A DNA stretch of 64,000 bases from Octopus sinensis. Taxonomy: Eukaryota. The stretch is taken from contig NC_043003.1 of NCBI RefSeq assembly GCF_006345805.1, positions 50,964,001-51,028,000 of the forward strand, written 5' to 3'. The notes beneath the pieces were generated by a model. The model was not told the origin of the DNA. It ran no database searches and saw only the letters and a program-made list of their open reading frames with translations. Positions within the stretch are counted from its first letter, which is position 1; each line of letters starts with the position of its first letter. Below are positions 25,109 to 37,953 of the stretch, in pieces. A program made the translations under genes and the position numbers.

Positions 25109-25510
25109 GGAGTGGCTGTGTGGTAAGTAGCTTGCTAACCAACCACATGGTTCCGGGTTCAATCCCACCGCGTGGCATCTTGGGCAAGTGTCTTCTGCTA
25201 CAGCCCCGGGCCGACCAATGCCTTGTGAGTGGATTTGGTAGATGGAAACTGAAAGAAGCCTGTCGTATATATGTATATATATATATATGTATGTGTGTGT
25301 GTTTGTGTGTCTGTGTTTGTCCCCCTAGCATTGCTTGACAACGGATGCTGGTGTATTTACGTTCCTGTCACTTAGCGGTTCGGCAAAAGAGACCGATAGA
25401 ATAAGTACTGGGCTTACAAAGAATAAGTCCCGGGGTCGATTTGCTCGACTAAAGGCGGTGCTCCAGCATGGCCGCAGTCAAATGACTGAAACAACTAAAA
25501 GAGTAAAAGA
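25109..25510 (+). mobile_element. SINE family B, full length
   Basis: Same architecture as 24489-24926. Confidence 0.85.
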
Positions 25511-26372
25511 GAAAAAGAGAGAGAGAGTACTGCTTTATAAAGCGGTTTAACGTTGTTGCTAAAACAATGCAATACGTCAGTAGTCGGAAAGACTGCTCTT
25601 GGATAAATATCAAGAATATTTTTCCTACAGAATGCATACATGCGATCAAATCAAGGAATATTGGTGGAACATCTCCATCAACACATCTGCAAAATGCAAA
25701 TATATCAAGCCTGTGCTATACTTATTTGGGACAGAAAAGAAAAATTATGCATTAAATTCAAAAGATATTCTTGACAGTTATACCAGGACAGTCTTTCCAA
25801 TAAATAGCATTGTATATTGTTTTTGCAATAACTGCTTTCGAAGGCATTTTGGAAGCAGTTACTGACCACATGTATCTTCCACATAATTGATATTTTTGGC
25901 ACGCAGAGATATCTTTTATATAATAATTCTATTTGAGTTATAACTTTGAGGTTTGCTTTATAAAGCCCGACCACCGGTATTGGCTTTCAAATACTACCAT
26001 TCGACGAAAAAGGATGGCTTTACTGATGATAGAGATGAAAATCTGTAAATATCCGTAAATATTCGATTTATACATAGACAGGTTAAGCGGGCAAGCCAAA
26101 ATCTCTTCTGGGCGAAACACCAGCCCGTCACAGGGCGACCCATTTGCCGGTGAGTGGACTGGAGCAACGTGAAATAAAGTGTTTTGCTCAGGAAACAAGT
26201 CTGGAATCACACTGGAATTTAGGGAAGGGTGGCAAATATTCTTAATTCATTTGGGAAAATATTTGTTTACTAAATTTTTGAACAACTAATTACTAGGCCA
26301 CACGACTTCACTTTCTCTTTCTCCCCCCCTCTCTCTCTCTCTCTTTCTATATCTCTCTCTATCTCTCTTTCG

Positions 26373-26411
<39 letters not shown>

Positions 26412-26665
26412 CACACACACACACACACAACACACACACACACACACCAGAATCTGATATTCATTCTGTTCCTGTTCGGAGTTTCTCACTCGATTACATC
26501 CTTCATTGTTCCTGTCTGAAGTATCGCATGAGGCCAGAAACATTGTCCAGCGACAGAGTAAGTTAGCAATTTCGTACACAGATATTTTAGTAATTCTATT
26601 TTTGTCGGGTAGAGTCCTGTATGTCAATTGTTAAACATGAAAGGTGTTATGTGACATATATATAT

Positions 26666-28623
26666 ATCACCTTGATCACCTTGACCGACCAGTCCGTCAG
26701 GCGTCCATTTGACACCGCTGGTCACAGCACGCTGTCCACTCCTCTCTGGATCGTGCCTTTCTCATCCACGTGATCCCAATCGTCCTCCTGAAATCGTAAC
26801 TCCACCGTCGTGGAGGTCTTCCGGGTGGTCTTTTCCGCTCACGCGGGTACCACTCGACAACTGCGTGCGTCCACCGATTGTCGGTGAGCCGGGCGACGTG
26901 TCCAGCCCATATATACTTGCTGCGTGTATACTCTGCGATGATATCTCTCACGCCGGACTTCTTTCTGATGATCTTGCTACTTATGTGCTCTCTCAACGAG
27001 ATACCAAGCATTGACCTTTCCATGGCTCTTTGAGCCGTTACGAATCTTTGCTCTTCTCTCTTTGTGGTATCCCATGTTTCACTACCATATAACATTGCAG
27101 ACAGAACTGCACTGTTAATGAGGTTGGCGCAGGTGGTCCTGTCCAACCTTCCATTGAGCACATCCCTTATGCCATTGAACGTCTTCCATCTGGCCCTTAC
27201 TCTCCGTGAGATCTCCTTTTTGATATCCCGGCACATATTTACTTCCTGTCCCAGGTAGACATATTCCCTCACCTCCTCTATTTCATCACAGCCGATCACC
27301 ATTCTACCTGTTGGTACATTGTCTGACCGCATGAACTTTGTTTTCATGCGGTTCATCTTGAGACCTACTGCAGAACTTTTGATGTCGAGCTCCATCAGCA
27401 TGGTCTGATCCATGTTTTCAGCGATGAGTACGATGTCGTCAGCGAAACGGAGGTGAGTGAGGAGCTCGCCATTGATGTTGACACCACCTTACCAGTCGAT
27501 GTCTCTGATGATCTGTTCGAGACATGCAGTGAAAAGTTTTGGGGAGATTGTATCTCCTTGCTTCACTCCCTTCTCGACCGGCACTCGTATGGGTGATGAC
27601 AGTAGAGTTATGTCGGTGGTGCATCCGGAATTTGCCTCTCTGAGCAGCTGCACATATTGCGCTTCGATTCCTTGCCTCTGCAGCGAGTTCAGCACTGCGT
27701 TGGTTTCGACGCTATCGAAGGCCTTCTCATAATCTATAAACGCAACGCAAAGAGGCAGCTTGTACTCATTTGCTCGCTCAAGCAGTTGTGTTAGAGTAAA
27801 TATATGGTCTATTGTGTTGTAGTTCTTCCGGAAGCCTGCTTGTTCCCTCGGTTGTTGTTCGTCGAGACGACGTGACAACCTGTTCAGAATTATCTTCGTG
27901 AACAGCTTGTACACGTGAGACAGCAGGCATATGGGTCGGTAGTTCTTTAGATCTTCTCTGTCGCCCTTCTTATACAGCAGGATGGTATTTGACTCTTTTT
28001 ACTGCGAAGGAATTCTTCCCTCGTCTAGATAGTGCGTAAATCGCTCAGCGAGGATTTTCCAGAGCTGCTCTCTGCCTGACTTTAGCATCTCCGATGTTAT
28101 ACCGTCTTCCCTTGGAGCCTTTCCGTTTTTCATCGAGCCGATGGCTCTTTCAACCTCACTGACAAGGATAGGTGGCACGTTTTCTTCCTGTTGGAGTGGT
28201 GGTAACGGCTGGACATTTCTGGTAGACTTAAAGTGCTTGGAGTAGAAGTCTTCACAAACTTTTTCCATCTCGCTCTTCTCGTTGACCGGTATTCCATCTG
28301 TATTTTTCAGGGCCGTCACCTCCGGTCTATATAGTACCATGTCCCTCTTGCATTTCTTGAGGCTCTTCTTTTCCTCTGCGGCCTTCAAGAGCTTCTCCAT
28401 CCGGTATGCCTCAAAGTCTTTCTGACGAATCACTCTCCTGAGAATGGAATATTCAAGGTGATCTTCAATAGTCCTCTTCATATTTTTCCTCTTCTCGAGT
28501 AACTTCGTAGTTTCTTCCGAGATTCTTCCCTTCTTTTCTCTTGGGCATACTCCCTTAGCCTTCCTTAAACACTCCTTCAGTTTCCCTATCAGTGAGTTGT
28601 AGTCATCGTCTATGTCGTCTCCT
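26666..28623 (-). mobile_element. 5'-truncated RTE-clade LINE; RT in one frame with two nonsense codons
   Basis: ORFs 28481-27999, 27914-27489 and 27413-26697 are in the same frame. Motifs NYRPICLL, EQAGFR, FIDYEKAFDSV, GVKQGDTISPKLF, LRFADDIV, YVYLGQ, WAGHVAR. 3' tail (CAAGGTGAT)2. Confidence 0.95.
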
Positions 28624-28668
28624 ATATATGCATGTGTGTAACATATGTTATGTAATATATATATATAT

Positions 28669-28711
<43 letters not shown>

Positions 28712-28721
28712 TATGTGACCG

Positions 28722-28915
28722 CGTGTGTATTGTTGGCGATTTTCTTTCTCTCCGTCTTCCCTTTCTTGGACCTTTCCTTTTTCTATGTTTCTGACGAAGA
28801 GCTCCGCTCGTAACGTTAAATCCTCCTTCTTTCTTCCTTACCTGAGCGTCCAATAACACTATACTTGTTCCACATCCTCGCGTTGTTGTATTGTCTCTTT
28901 GTTATGTTTGGATAA
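28722..28915 (+). mobile_element. Penelope-like pseudo-LTR with minimal hammerhead (28787-28820)
   Basis: CUGACGA-A-GAGC(UCC)GCUC-GUAAC-GUU; homologous inverted copy at 31285-31478. Confidence 0.65.
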
Positions 28916-28917
28916 CT

Positions 28918-28970
<53 letters not shown>

Positions 28971-28973
<3 letters not shown>

Positions 28974-29628
28974 TTGGCATCAAATGGCAGAATCATGTCC
29001 CAACAAAGATGTCCTCAAGCAAGCAGGAATACCAAGCACGTTTGCACTCCTCACATAAAGACGTATGAGATGGCTTGGACATGTTAGATGGCAGAAAATA
29101 TGGAAGATGGCAGAAAATACTCTACGAAGAGCTTCCTAGGGGCACTAGGTCTGTGGGAAGACCGTTCTTACGATACAAGGATGTTTGAAAAAGGGACATG
29201 AAGGCCTGTGACATCAATATTAGCAACTGCGAAGCAGTTGCCAGCAACCGTGGAGATTGGCGATGTACCGTAAAAGATGTACCGTGGAGATTGGCGATGT
29301 ACCGTAAAAGATGTACCGTGGAGATTGGCGATGTACCGTAAAAGATGTACCGTGGAGATTGGCGATGTACCGTAAAAGAGGGAACACAAAGGTGTGAGAG
29401 AGGGAGAGAGTAGAAATGGAAAGACAAGAAAAGACGTCAACAAGAAACTATGACATTGCAACCAGCCAGGCAAAGTCTTCGCTACATTTGTGGCACCTGT
29501 CAGTGTTTGTCCACGATAGGACTACACAGCCACATCAGGAGATGTATCAGGACATGAAATGTAAAAGCCGGACTAGATTATTTTATGCGCAACCCCATTG
29601 TCTCCCGAGACAAAAAGGATGCCAACAA
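28971..29628 (+). mobile_element. RTE/BovB-like LINE 3' end containing a 34-bp x ~3.9 tandem expansion
   Basis: LGIKWQ, RMRWLGHV, GRPFLRYKDV, YICGTC; tail ATTGTCTCCCGAGACAAAAAGGATGCCAACAA. Confidence 0.85.
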
Positions 29629-29639
29629 TACATATATAT

Positions 29640-29676
<37 letters not shown>

Positions 29677-29684
29677 GGGGGGAG

Positions 29685-30075
29685 GTGCAGGAGTCGCTAT
29701 GTGGTAAGTAGCTTGCTTACTAACCGCATGGTCCCGGGTACAGTTCCACTGCGTGGCACCTTGTGCAAGTGTCTTTTACTGAAGCCTCGGGACGATCAAA
29801 TCCTTGTGAGTGGATTTGGTAGACGGAAACTGAAAGAAGCCTGTCGTATATATATACATATATGTGTTTGTGTGTCTGCGTTTGTTCCCCCACCATCACT
29901 TGACAACCGAAGGTGGTGTGTTTAGGTCCCCGTAACATAGCGGTTCGTTGAAAGATCGATAGAATAAGTACTGGGCTTACAAAGAATAATAAGTCCTAGG
30001 GTCGATTTGTTCGACTAAATGCGGTGCTCCAGCATGGCCGCAGTCAAATAACTGAAACAAATAAAAGAATAAAAG
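29685..30075 (+). mobile_element. SINE family B, followed by an inverted B head at 30105-30245
   Basis: Family B head, microsatellite and tail. Confidence 0.85.
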
Positions 30076-30249
30076 AAAGAATATATATATATATAAATAC
30101 GCACACAACAGGCTTCCAGTTTACCAAACTCACTCTCAAGGCTTTGATCTGCCCGAGGCTATAGTAGATGATATTTCCCCAAGGTGCCACGCAACGAGAC
30201 TGAACCTGGAAACACGTGGTTTGGAAGCAAGCTTCTTACCACACACATA

Positions 30250-30321
<72 letters not shown>

Positions 30322-30346
30322 GTATATTATATATATATTATACATG

Positions 30347-30402
<56 letters not shown>

Positions 30403-30452
30403 TAGGTTTTATATATATATATACATACACACACGCACACATATACATATAC

Positions 30453-30496
<44 letters not shown>

Positions 30497-30914
30497 ATGT
30501 ATGTATGTATGCATGTATGTATATACGCCGAATGCATGCTATTGGGAATAATTGGGTGTTGCCTGGAGGAATATCTGGGTTAGCCTACATCGTACCACCT
30601 ACTTACTTCTGTTTGTTTACTGGTTTATATATTGTTTATTTTTTTTACAGTTTATTATGAGCCGGGAGATGCATATCTTGCATTCTGTAATGGTATGGTC
30701 AGAGTTTCAATAAACATTGGAAATCCAAGAAATCTGCAATTGAAATGATGGCGAGAAAATAAACAGTAATCGACAACTTTATATTTTTTTATCACTTTTC
30801 CACTTCGATTTCATTATAGTTATATACGTACGCGTGTAGTGTGCGTGTATACATACATGCATATATATATATATATATATATATATCTTGCGTTCTTGTC
30901 CCATTTTGTATTTT

Positions 30915-30969
<55 letters not shown>

Positions 30970-30976
30970 TATAGAT

Positions 30977-31034
<58 letters not shown>

Positions 31035-31223
31035 GCATATGTTATATATTAATAGATACACACATACACGCATATATGCATACATATTTATATATATATA
31101 CATACATATAATACATAGATACATACATACATACATACATACATACATACATACATACAACATACATACATACATACATACATACATACATACATACATA
31201 CATACATACATACATACATCTCA

Positions 31224-31284
<61 letters not shown>

Positions 31285-31288
<4 letters not shown>

Positions 31289-31478
31289 TAATCCAAACAA
31301 GAAAGCACAAAAAAGCACAACAACGCGAGGACGTGGAACAAATATAGTATTATTAAACACTCAGGAAAGAAGGGGGGTTAACGTTTCGAGCGGAGCTCTT
31401 CGTCGGAAACATAGGAGAAGGAAGAAATCCAGAGAAGGGAAGACAGAGGAAAAAAAATCGCCAACGGTACACACGAGT
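31285..31478 (-). mobile_element. Penelope-like pseudo-LTR with minimal hammerhead (31377-31410)
   Basis: Minus strand CCGACGA-A-GAGC(UCC)GCUC-GAAAC-GUU. Confidence 0.65.
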
Positions 31479-31679
31479 ATATATATATACATACTACATA
31501 CATACATATATATATATATACATACATACATATATATTACATATATATATATATATATATACATAGATACATACATACATACATCATACATACTACATAC
31601 ATACATACATCATACACATATATATATATTATATATATATATATATATACACACTACATACATACGCACATACATACAT

Positions 31680-31758
<79 letters not shown>

Positions 31759-33471
31759 CAGATTACTTTGCATTGCCTCACACACCAATTTCTGGTAAAG
31801 TTTATAGGAGCGCTGAAGCATACGATGAGCCTTGGGCATTTTTAGATTTTGCGGTTCCAACGCTCTCTAAGACTAGAAGAAACACTGAAAATGGGACAGG
31901 AAGAAAGAAGAATTGACACCAGTACAGAACTGGTACTTTATTTATTGGTCACCAACAACCACTCTATGGAAAAGTTTGCTTTTATCTCACTAAAGAATCA
32001 ATACTACATAGAGTAATTTTCGCGTGATAGTCAACAGAATATACAAAGAGCAGATCTTTCCAGTCTTTCATAAGAAGAATCACACTAACATTACTTCAAT
32101 ACCATTATGAACACAATTACAAATCAGACCAACGACTAGTGTAAAAGCATCTCCTGGAGCATAAAACTCAGTTTGACACGCAGAGAAGCTTTCAAACATA
32201 TAACTTCTTAATACCACCCTCCTACTATTAAACATCCAGTGATCTAACAAAACTATAACTTCGCTGGATCATCACTAATAAGAAATCACTCTGGAAAATG
32301 AAATGGCTCCAACGTTGTTACTCAAGCGTCTCTTTGCGCACACATATACTAGCACATCTGGAGAGTGGCTGAAGTCTTACACAACCCATCACAATATCTC
32401 GCAAGAGACTCGAGTGGAAAGCTACTACGGCAATAAACCAGGATACGTGCTCCAGGCACACCCAAGCATCACCAGTAGAAGCTGTGAAAAGTCAATCAAC
32501 GCCTGGAAGAAGGATAAGAATATATGCCTGGCGTCTCAGCAAGAACAATCAGACTTCCTTATGAAGTTATGCTCCGTCAAAATCATTCTGTAGTTACAAA
32601 GACACCGGAAAGTGGAAATCCATCAGTCTTCCAATGTAATCTGGACTCAGTAGGATCCTACACATCTTTACTCTAGACGACCGAGAATTCGAGGCACTTC
32701 ATTCGAGGGTATCACAATATACCAGAGGTAACTCACTCGAGGGCATCACACTGTACTGGAGGTACTTCACTCGTGGATATCACATTGTACCGAGGGCACG
32801 CGAATGACGCCTTTGATCTGACCTGCTCCAGAAAAGAACCAATGAAATTACATGACATCATCCACACCGCCTACAACAGCATCAAATTCCACATCAAACA
32901 TTCTGCAAGATATATATGTGTGTGTGTGTGTCTGCCTGTCTGTCTGTGTGCGCGCGCACGCGTGTGTCTGCGCATGTGTGTGCGTGTGTGCCTGCCCGGT
33001 GTGTATTTTAATATAAACATATATACTATATATGTTTATAAAGTCATATAATTATATATGAATGTATGTGTGTGTATGAGTGTGTCTGTGTGTGCATACA
33101 TACCTACATATATGAATGTATGTTTGAATGTGTGTGTATGTGTGTGTATGAATACGTTTGCATACATACATGAATACAGGAAAGAAAACAAAACATGAGA
33201 GATTGTTTATATAATGTCTAATTACACCATCTTACGTACGTTTCATTAGCATAAGGTGATTATTATCGGTTACAGAATACAAAATTACAAATTACAATTA
33301 GTACTAATACTCTGTGCATAAATGAATACACAGACACAGGCACACACAGACACACACACACGTGTGCAATATATATACATATATATGAATATATATATAC
33401 ATATACATATATATGTATACATATTTATACTTTACATGTGTATAGGTCTATATATATATGTGTGTGTGTGT

Positions 33472-33772
33472 GTGGAGGTGCAATGGCCCAGTGGTTAGGG
33501 CAGCGGACACGCGGTCGTAGGATCGCGGTTTCGATTCCCAGACCGGGCGTTGTGAGTGTTCATTGAGCGAAAACATCTAAAGCCCCACGAGGCTCCGGCA
33601 GGGGGTGGTGGTGATCCCTGCTGTAATCTTTCGCCACAACTATCTCTCACTCTTTCTTCTGTTGGCTTGCTCCCGTAGCCAGCGGGGTGGCGTCATTTGA
33701 AGGCTAAAACAATACGATGTGACCAGCGATGTGTAGCAACATCTGATAGCCTGGTCGGTCATGGTGATCACG

Positions 33773-33777
<5 letters not shown>
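33472..33777 (+). mobile_element. SINE family C with RTE-like tail
   Basis: Same as 8665-8969; tail GGTGATCACGGTGAT then (TA)n. Confidence 0.85.
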
Positions 33778-33812
<35 letters not shown>

Positions 33813-33814
33813 TT

Positions 33815-33922
33815 ACGTGACCGACCAGACCATCAGATGTTGTTAAACATCGCTGGTCACAATGCGTTCGCATTGTTTTAGCCTTCGAATGACGCCACCC
33901 CGCTGGCTAAGCGAGCAGGCCA
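33815..33922 (-). mobile_element. Isolated family C tail module
   Basis: Minus strand TGGCCTGCTCGCTTAGCC...CTGGTCGGTCACGT. Confidence 0.8.
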
Positions 33923-34849
33923 GATATATATATATATAAATATATATATTTCGTTTTTGGCTTTGGTTTGCAAGATTCTTTGTGTGAGTTCGTGTGTTGA
34001 AGCATATTCTGTTGTGTCTGGGGAGAGTCAATTATCTTTTAATGCCTTATAATTTAACATGACTATGAAAGTAAGCAGATAGACATACAGACGGATAGGA
34101 ACATAGGTTATATGAACAAACAAGCGCACATACACACATACACAAATGAAGACTGAAACACATGACCATATACACACACACTTCACTTCACACAAGGACA
34201 CATATAGAGACACGCGTCCATACATACAGAGAAACACATCCATACATACAGACACAATACATAGTCTAAGAAACCCAAACATACACACACTCAGATATGC
34301 ACACACAAGGAGACAGAGAACACACACACACACTCAGATATGCACACACAAGGAGACAGAGAACACACACACACACACACACACATAAAAATAAACAAAC
34401 ACATGAATTTGCAGAATACATAGTCAAATTTACACACATACATATATACATATGCATGCATACATGCATACACACACATGCATGCATACATACATGTGTA
34501 TGCACACACAAACACACTGACCCTCACGCATGCGCACAAACAAACAAAAAGAACGCAGCTGGAATAACGGACAGAGTCGACAACTATTGAAAATGTTGCA
34601 ACGAAATTTTTAGAAAAATAAATAAGTAAATGAGTGGACATTTTACTGGTGTGTGTGTTAAATTATAAGGCACGAAAAGAGAATGATTTTCCCCAGACAC
34701 AACTGCACATATACATATATACACATATATATATATATATATACATATAAAAACACACATATTTATATATACAGATATATATATATTTATATATGCATAT
34801 ACATTTTTTTCAGCTCAGAGCTGCGGCCATGCTGATGCACCGCCGTTAA

Positions 34850-35341
34850 ACAGAAAGACGAAATATTTCTAAGCATATCGCCCGGCGTGCTAACATTTCT
34901 GCCAGCTTGCCGCCTTGTTATATATATTTCTTTACTACCCACAAGGAACTAAACACAGAGGGGACAAACAAGGACAGGCAAACAGATTAAGTCGATTATA
35001 TCGACCCCAGTGCGTAACTCGTACTTAATTTATCGACCCCGAAAGGATGAAAGGCAAAGTCAACCTCGGCAGAATTTGAATTCAGAATGTAAAAACAGAT
35101 GAAATACCTATTTCTTTACTACCCACAAGGAGCTAAACACAGAGGGGACAAATAACGACAGACAAACAGATTAAGTCGATTATATCGACCCCAGTGCGTA
35201 ACTGATACTTAATTTATCGACCCTGAAAGGATGAAAGGCAAAGTCGTCCTCGGCGGAATTTGAACTCAGAACGTAGCGGCAGACGAAATGCGGCTACGCA
35301 TTTCGCCCGGCGTGCTAACGTTTCTGCCAGCTCGCCGCCTT
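34850..35341 (-). mobile_element. SINE family A: head fragment plus dimer
   Basis: Repeated GAAAGGATGAAAGGCAAAGTC..CCTCGGC.GAATTTGAA modules. Confidence 0.85.
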
Positions 35342-35713
35342 ATGTATACATACATATATGTATACATATTTGCATGTATGTATGTGCCTTTGTGTCTCTG
35401 GTCGTTCCCCACAGCCGTTTGACAACTGGTGCTGCTGCCTTTACGTCACCGTAATTTAGCGGTTCCGCAAAGTGACCGATAGAATAAGTACCAGGCTCAA
35501 CAAATAATCAATAATGGGGTCGATTCGTTCGACTTCCAAAATTCTTCAAGGTGGCGCCACACTCTAATGACTGAAACAAATAAACGATAAAGATATATGT
35601 ATATACACACGTATATCCACCCATCCATCCATACACACACACACACACACAATACATACACATACATCCTTACATATGAGTGTGTGCGTCTACATATATA
35701 TATATATATATAT

Positions 35714-35794
<81 letters not shown>

Positions 35795-35983
35795 CGTTTT
35801 CCATTAACGGATGTCCTTGCGTATAAGTAAGCACAAATTCTTTTACATTCCCTCGATTTCCTGTAACTCAGACCGCCTCATGGTCCCAGTAGACAAAATG
35901 GAGAAGGCGTTGCCCCGAGAATGGAACAGTCTTACACTTACGGATTGCCATATCCACCGCAATAGCGGTGAGCAGGGACATAG

Positions 35984-36073
35984 GCCGGAGGTCGACAACG
36001 CCGGAGGTCGACAACGCCGGAGGTCGACAACGCCGGAGGTCGACAACGCCGGAGGTCGACAACGCCGGAGGTC
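35984..36073. repeat. 16-bp minisatellite, 5.6 perfect copies
   Basis: Unit GCCGGAGGTCGACAAC. Confidence 0.95.
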
Positions 36074-36239
36074 TCCACTTCCACAGACTCTACCATTAGC
36101 CTGTTAGAGAGCTACCGATGAACTTCGTCATCCTCCTCTATTCATTTGAAACTTTTCTTGCCCTTGTCTCTGCATAAAAATGCTACCCTAACTCCAACTG
36201 ATTAGAAATTTCATCATCCTCCAGTATTCAGAGATATTC

Positions 36240-36630
36240 TTTTCCCCTCTAGGCACAAGGCCCGAAATTTTTGGGGGGGTGACCAGTCGATTAGATCGAC
36301 CGCAGTATGCAACTGGTATCTAATTTATCGACCCCGAAAGGATGAAAGGCAAAGTCGACCTCGGCTGAATTTGAACTCAGAACACAAAGACAGACGAAAT
36401 ACCTATTTCTTTACTACCCACAAGGGGCTAAACACAGAGAGGACAAACAAGGACAGACAAACGGATTAAGTCGATTATGTCAACCCCCAGTGCGTAACTA
36501 GTACTTATTTAATCGACCCCAAAAGGATGAAAGGCAAATTCGACCTCGGCGGAATTTGAACTCAGAACGTAACGGCAGACGAAATATCGCTAAGCATTTC
36601 GCCCGGCGTGCTAACGTTTCTGCCAGCTCA
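36240..36630 (-). mobile_element. SINE family A dimer
   Basis: Family A modules on the minus strand. Confidence 0.85.
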
Positions 36631-37058
36631 CTGCTTTGTCTTTCAGTATTCAGAGATCATCACTCTCTCTCTCCACCAACTATTAACTACACTTCTCTCA
36701 ACTCACTCCACTTACCATTTCCCACTCAACATATTCTCTGGCAGAGTATTTGGGACGTCAGACAAAATGCTTAGCGGTATTTCTTCTTGCCCTAAGTTCA
36801 AATCCCTTCGAAGTCAACTTGGTCTTTCATCTTTTCAGAGTCGATAAAATGAACTACTAGGTGCTGGGGGGTCGATCTAAACGACTTGCCCTACTTTCCT
36901 CAAAATTGTTCACGCTGGACCCTGCAACGAATCGACATCCTTTTCAAGGAGTCTGTGGAGATATCAGTAACTTCTACGGCATGGAATCCGGGTTACCAGT
37001 CCTATGCCTACGAAACTTTAAGCTACATGGGCCTAATTGAATCAAACTGTTTTAGATA

Positions 37059-37098
<40 letters not shown>

Positions 37099-37252
37099 AC
37101 ACACACATGTACACACATATAGTAATAATAATAATAATTAAGATGGCTAGAGGCAGTTCAAAACCAAAAACGAAATAATTCATCGTCACTAAAAAATGAT
37201 GAAGAGTATAGGAAGCACCAGTATTACTAGACATAAAAGTTAAAGAACTTTT

Positions 37253-37953
37253 GGATCTATTCCATTTGACGGACAGATATTTTAATAATTTCTTTTTTAA
37301 TTAAACACTTTGAAACTTAGGATACCGATAGAATGTGTTAGATAGAACAGGGTTTACTCTTGACGTTTTTGACAAAATTTTGTATTTTAGAAGTTATTTC
37401 GTGTTAAAGTTGTTGTATTTGGATAATTTTAACCAATCAATGACGTGTATTCAGCTAAAGAAAATTACCGTTGCTGTTTGCGAACAACAACTTCCAGGAC
37501 CATACCAATGAAAGAGCCTCAACCTGGTCGCTCGACACGCTAAAAATAGCAACCAAAGTATCCCCCTACCTAAATCATACGTCCATTGTACATAATGTCC
37601 TAGATTAACCCTAAAAAAGGCGGTTTGCTGAAGGCTAGAATGTCTTTGATGATAGGTTTGCTGTATCAGGGTTAATTTGAGGTTAAATAATTACAAAATT
37701 ATTACTGAGACAGACCAACGACGGAGACTGAATGTGGTTGCATGACCAAACTTTTCTATGTACAGAATAGAAAAACCTCTGACACGTTCAACCAGTATCC
37801 GAAGTTTCAATTTTTGTTTAACTTTAACACGAAATAACTGCTAAAATGCAAAATTTTATCAAAAACGTTATGAGTAAACCCTGTTCTATGTGACAGAAAG
37901 TGTTTAGTTAAAAAATTTAATCCAAAAATCTGTCCGTCAAATGAAATAGATCC
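37253..37953. mobile_element. Foldback/MITE-like element with long imperfect TIRs; family E SINE inside
   Basis: GGATCTATTCCATTTGACGGACAGAT / ATCTGTCCGTCAAATGAAATAGATCC, plus a ~70-bp inner inverted block (TAGAACAGGGTTTACTC...GTGTTAAAGTT). Confidence 0.7.

Larger units (their letters stand above)
23830..26140 (+). pseudogene. Heavily degraded Penelope-like RT/GIY-YIG ORF split by SINE insertions
   Basis: Frameshifted fragments FRKPNEYINCISRGSN, ISNISSDKKFDK..YNNLLKRCGF, CSWINIKNI and SIVY resemble PLE RT thumb, linker and endonuclease motifs. Confidence 0.55.

Noticed and set aside
29247-29379. Direct repeats as a possible CRISPR-like array (also 35984-36073)
   Set aside because: Head-to-tail with no unique spacers, in a eukaryotic context.
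31990-32800. Possible degraded LINE ORF1/endonuclease (also 6130-6480, 18300-18850 and 38700-39000)
   Set aside because: Composition is suggestive, but I could not support any diagnostic motif.
33815-33922. HDV-like ribozyme explaining the fixed 5' start of the C tail module (TTAGCC ... CGAA-GGCTAA)
   Set aside because: Only 17 nt lie between the putative P2 strands and there is no P1 complement; the fold cannot be built.
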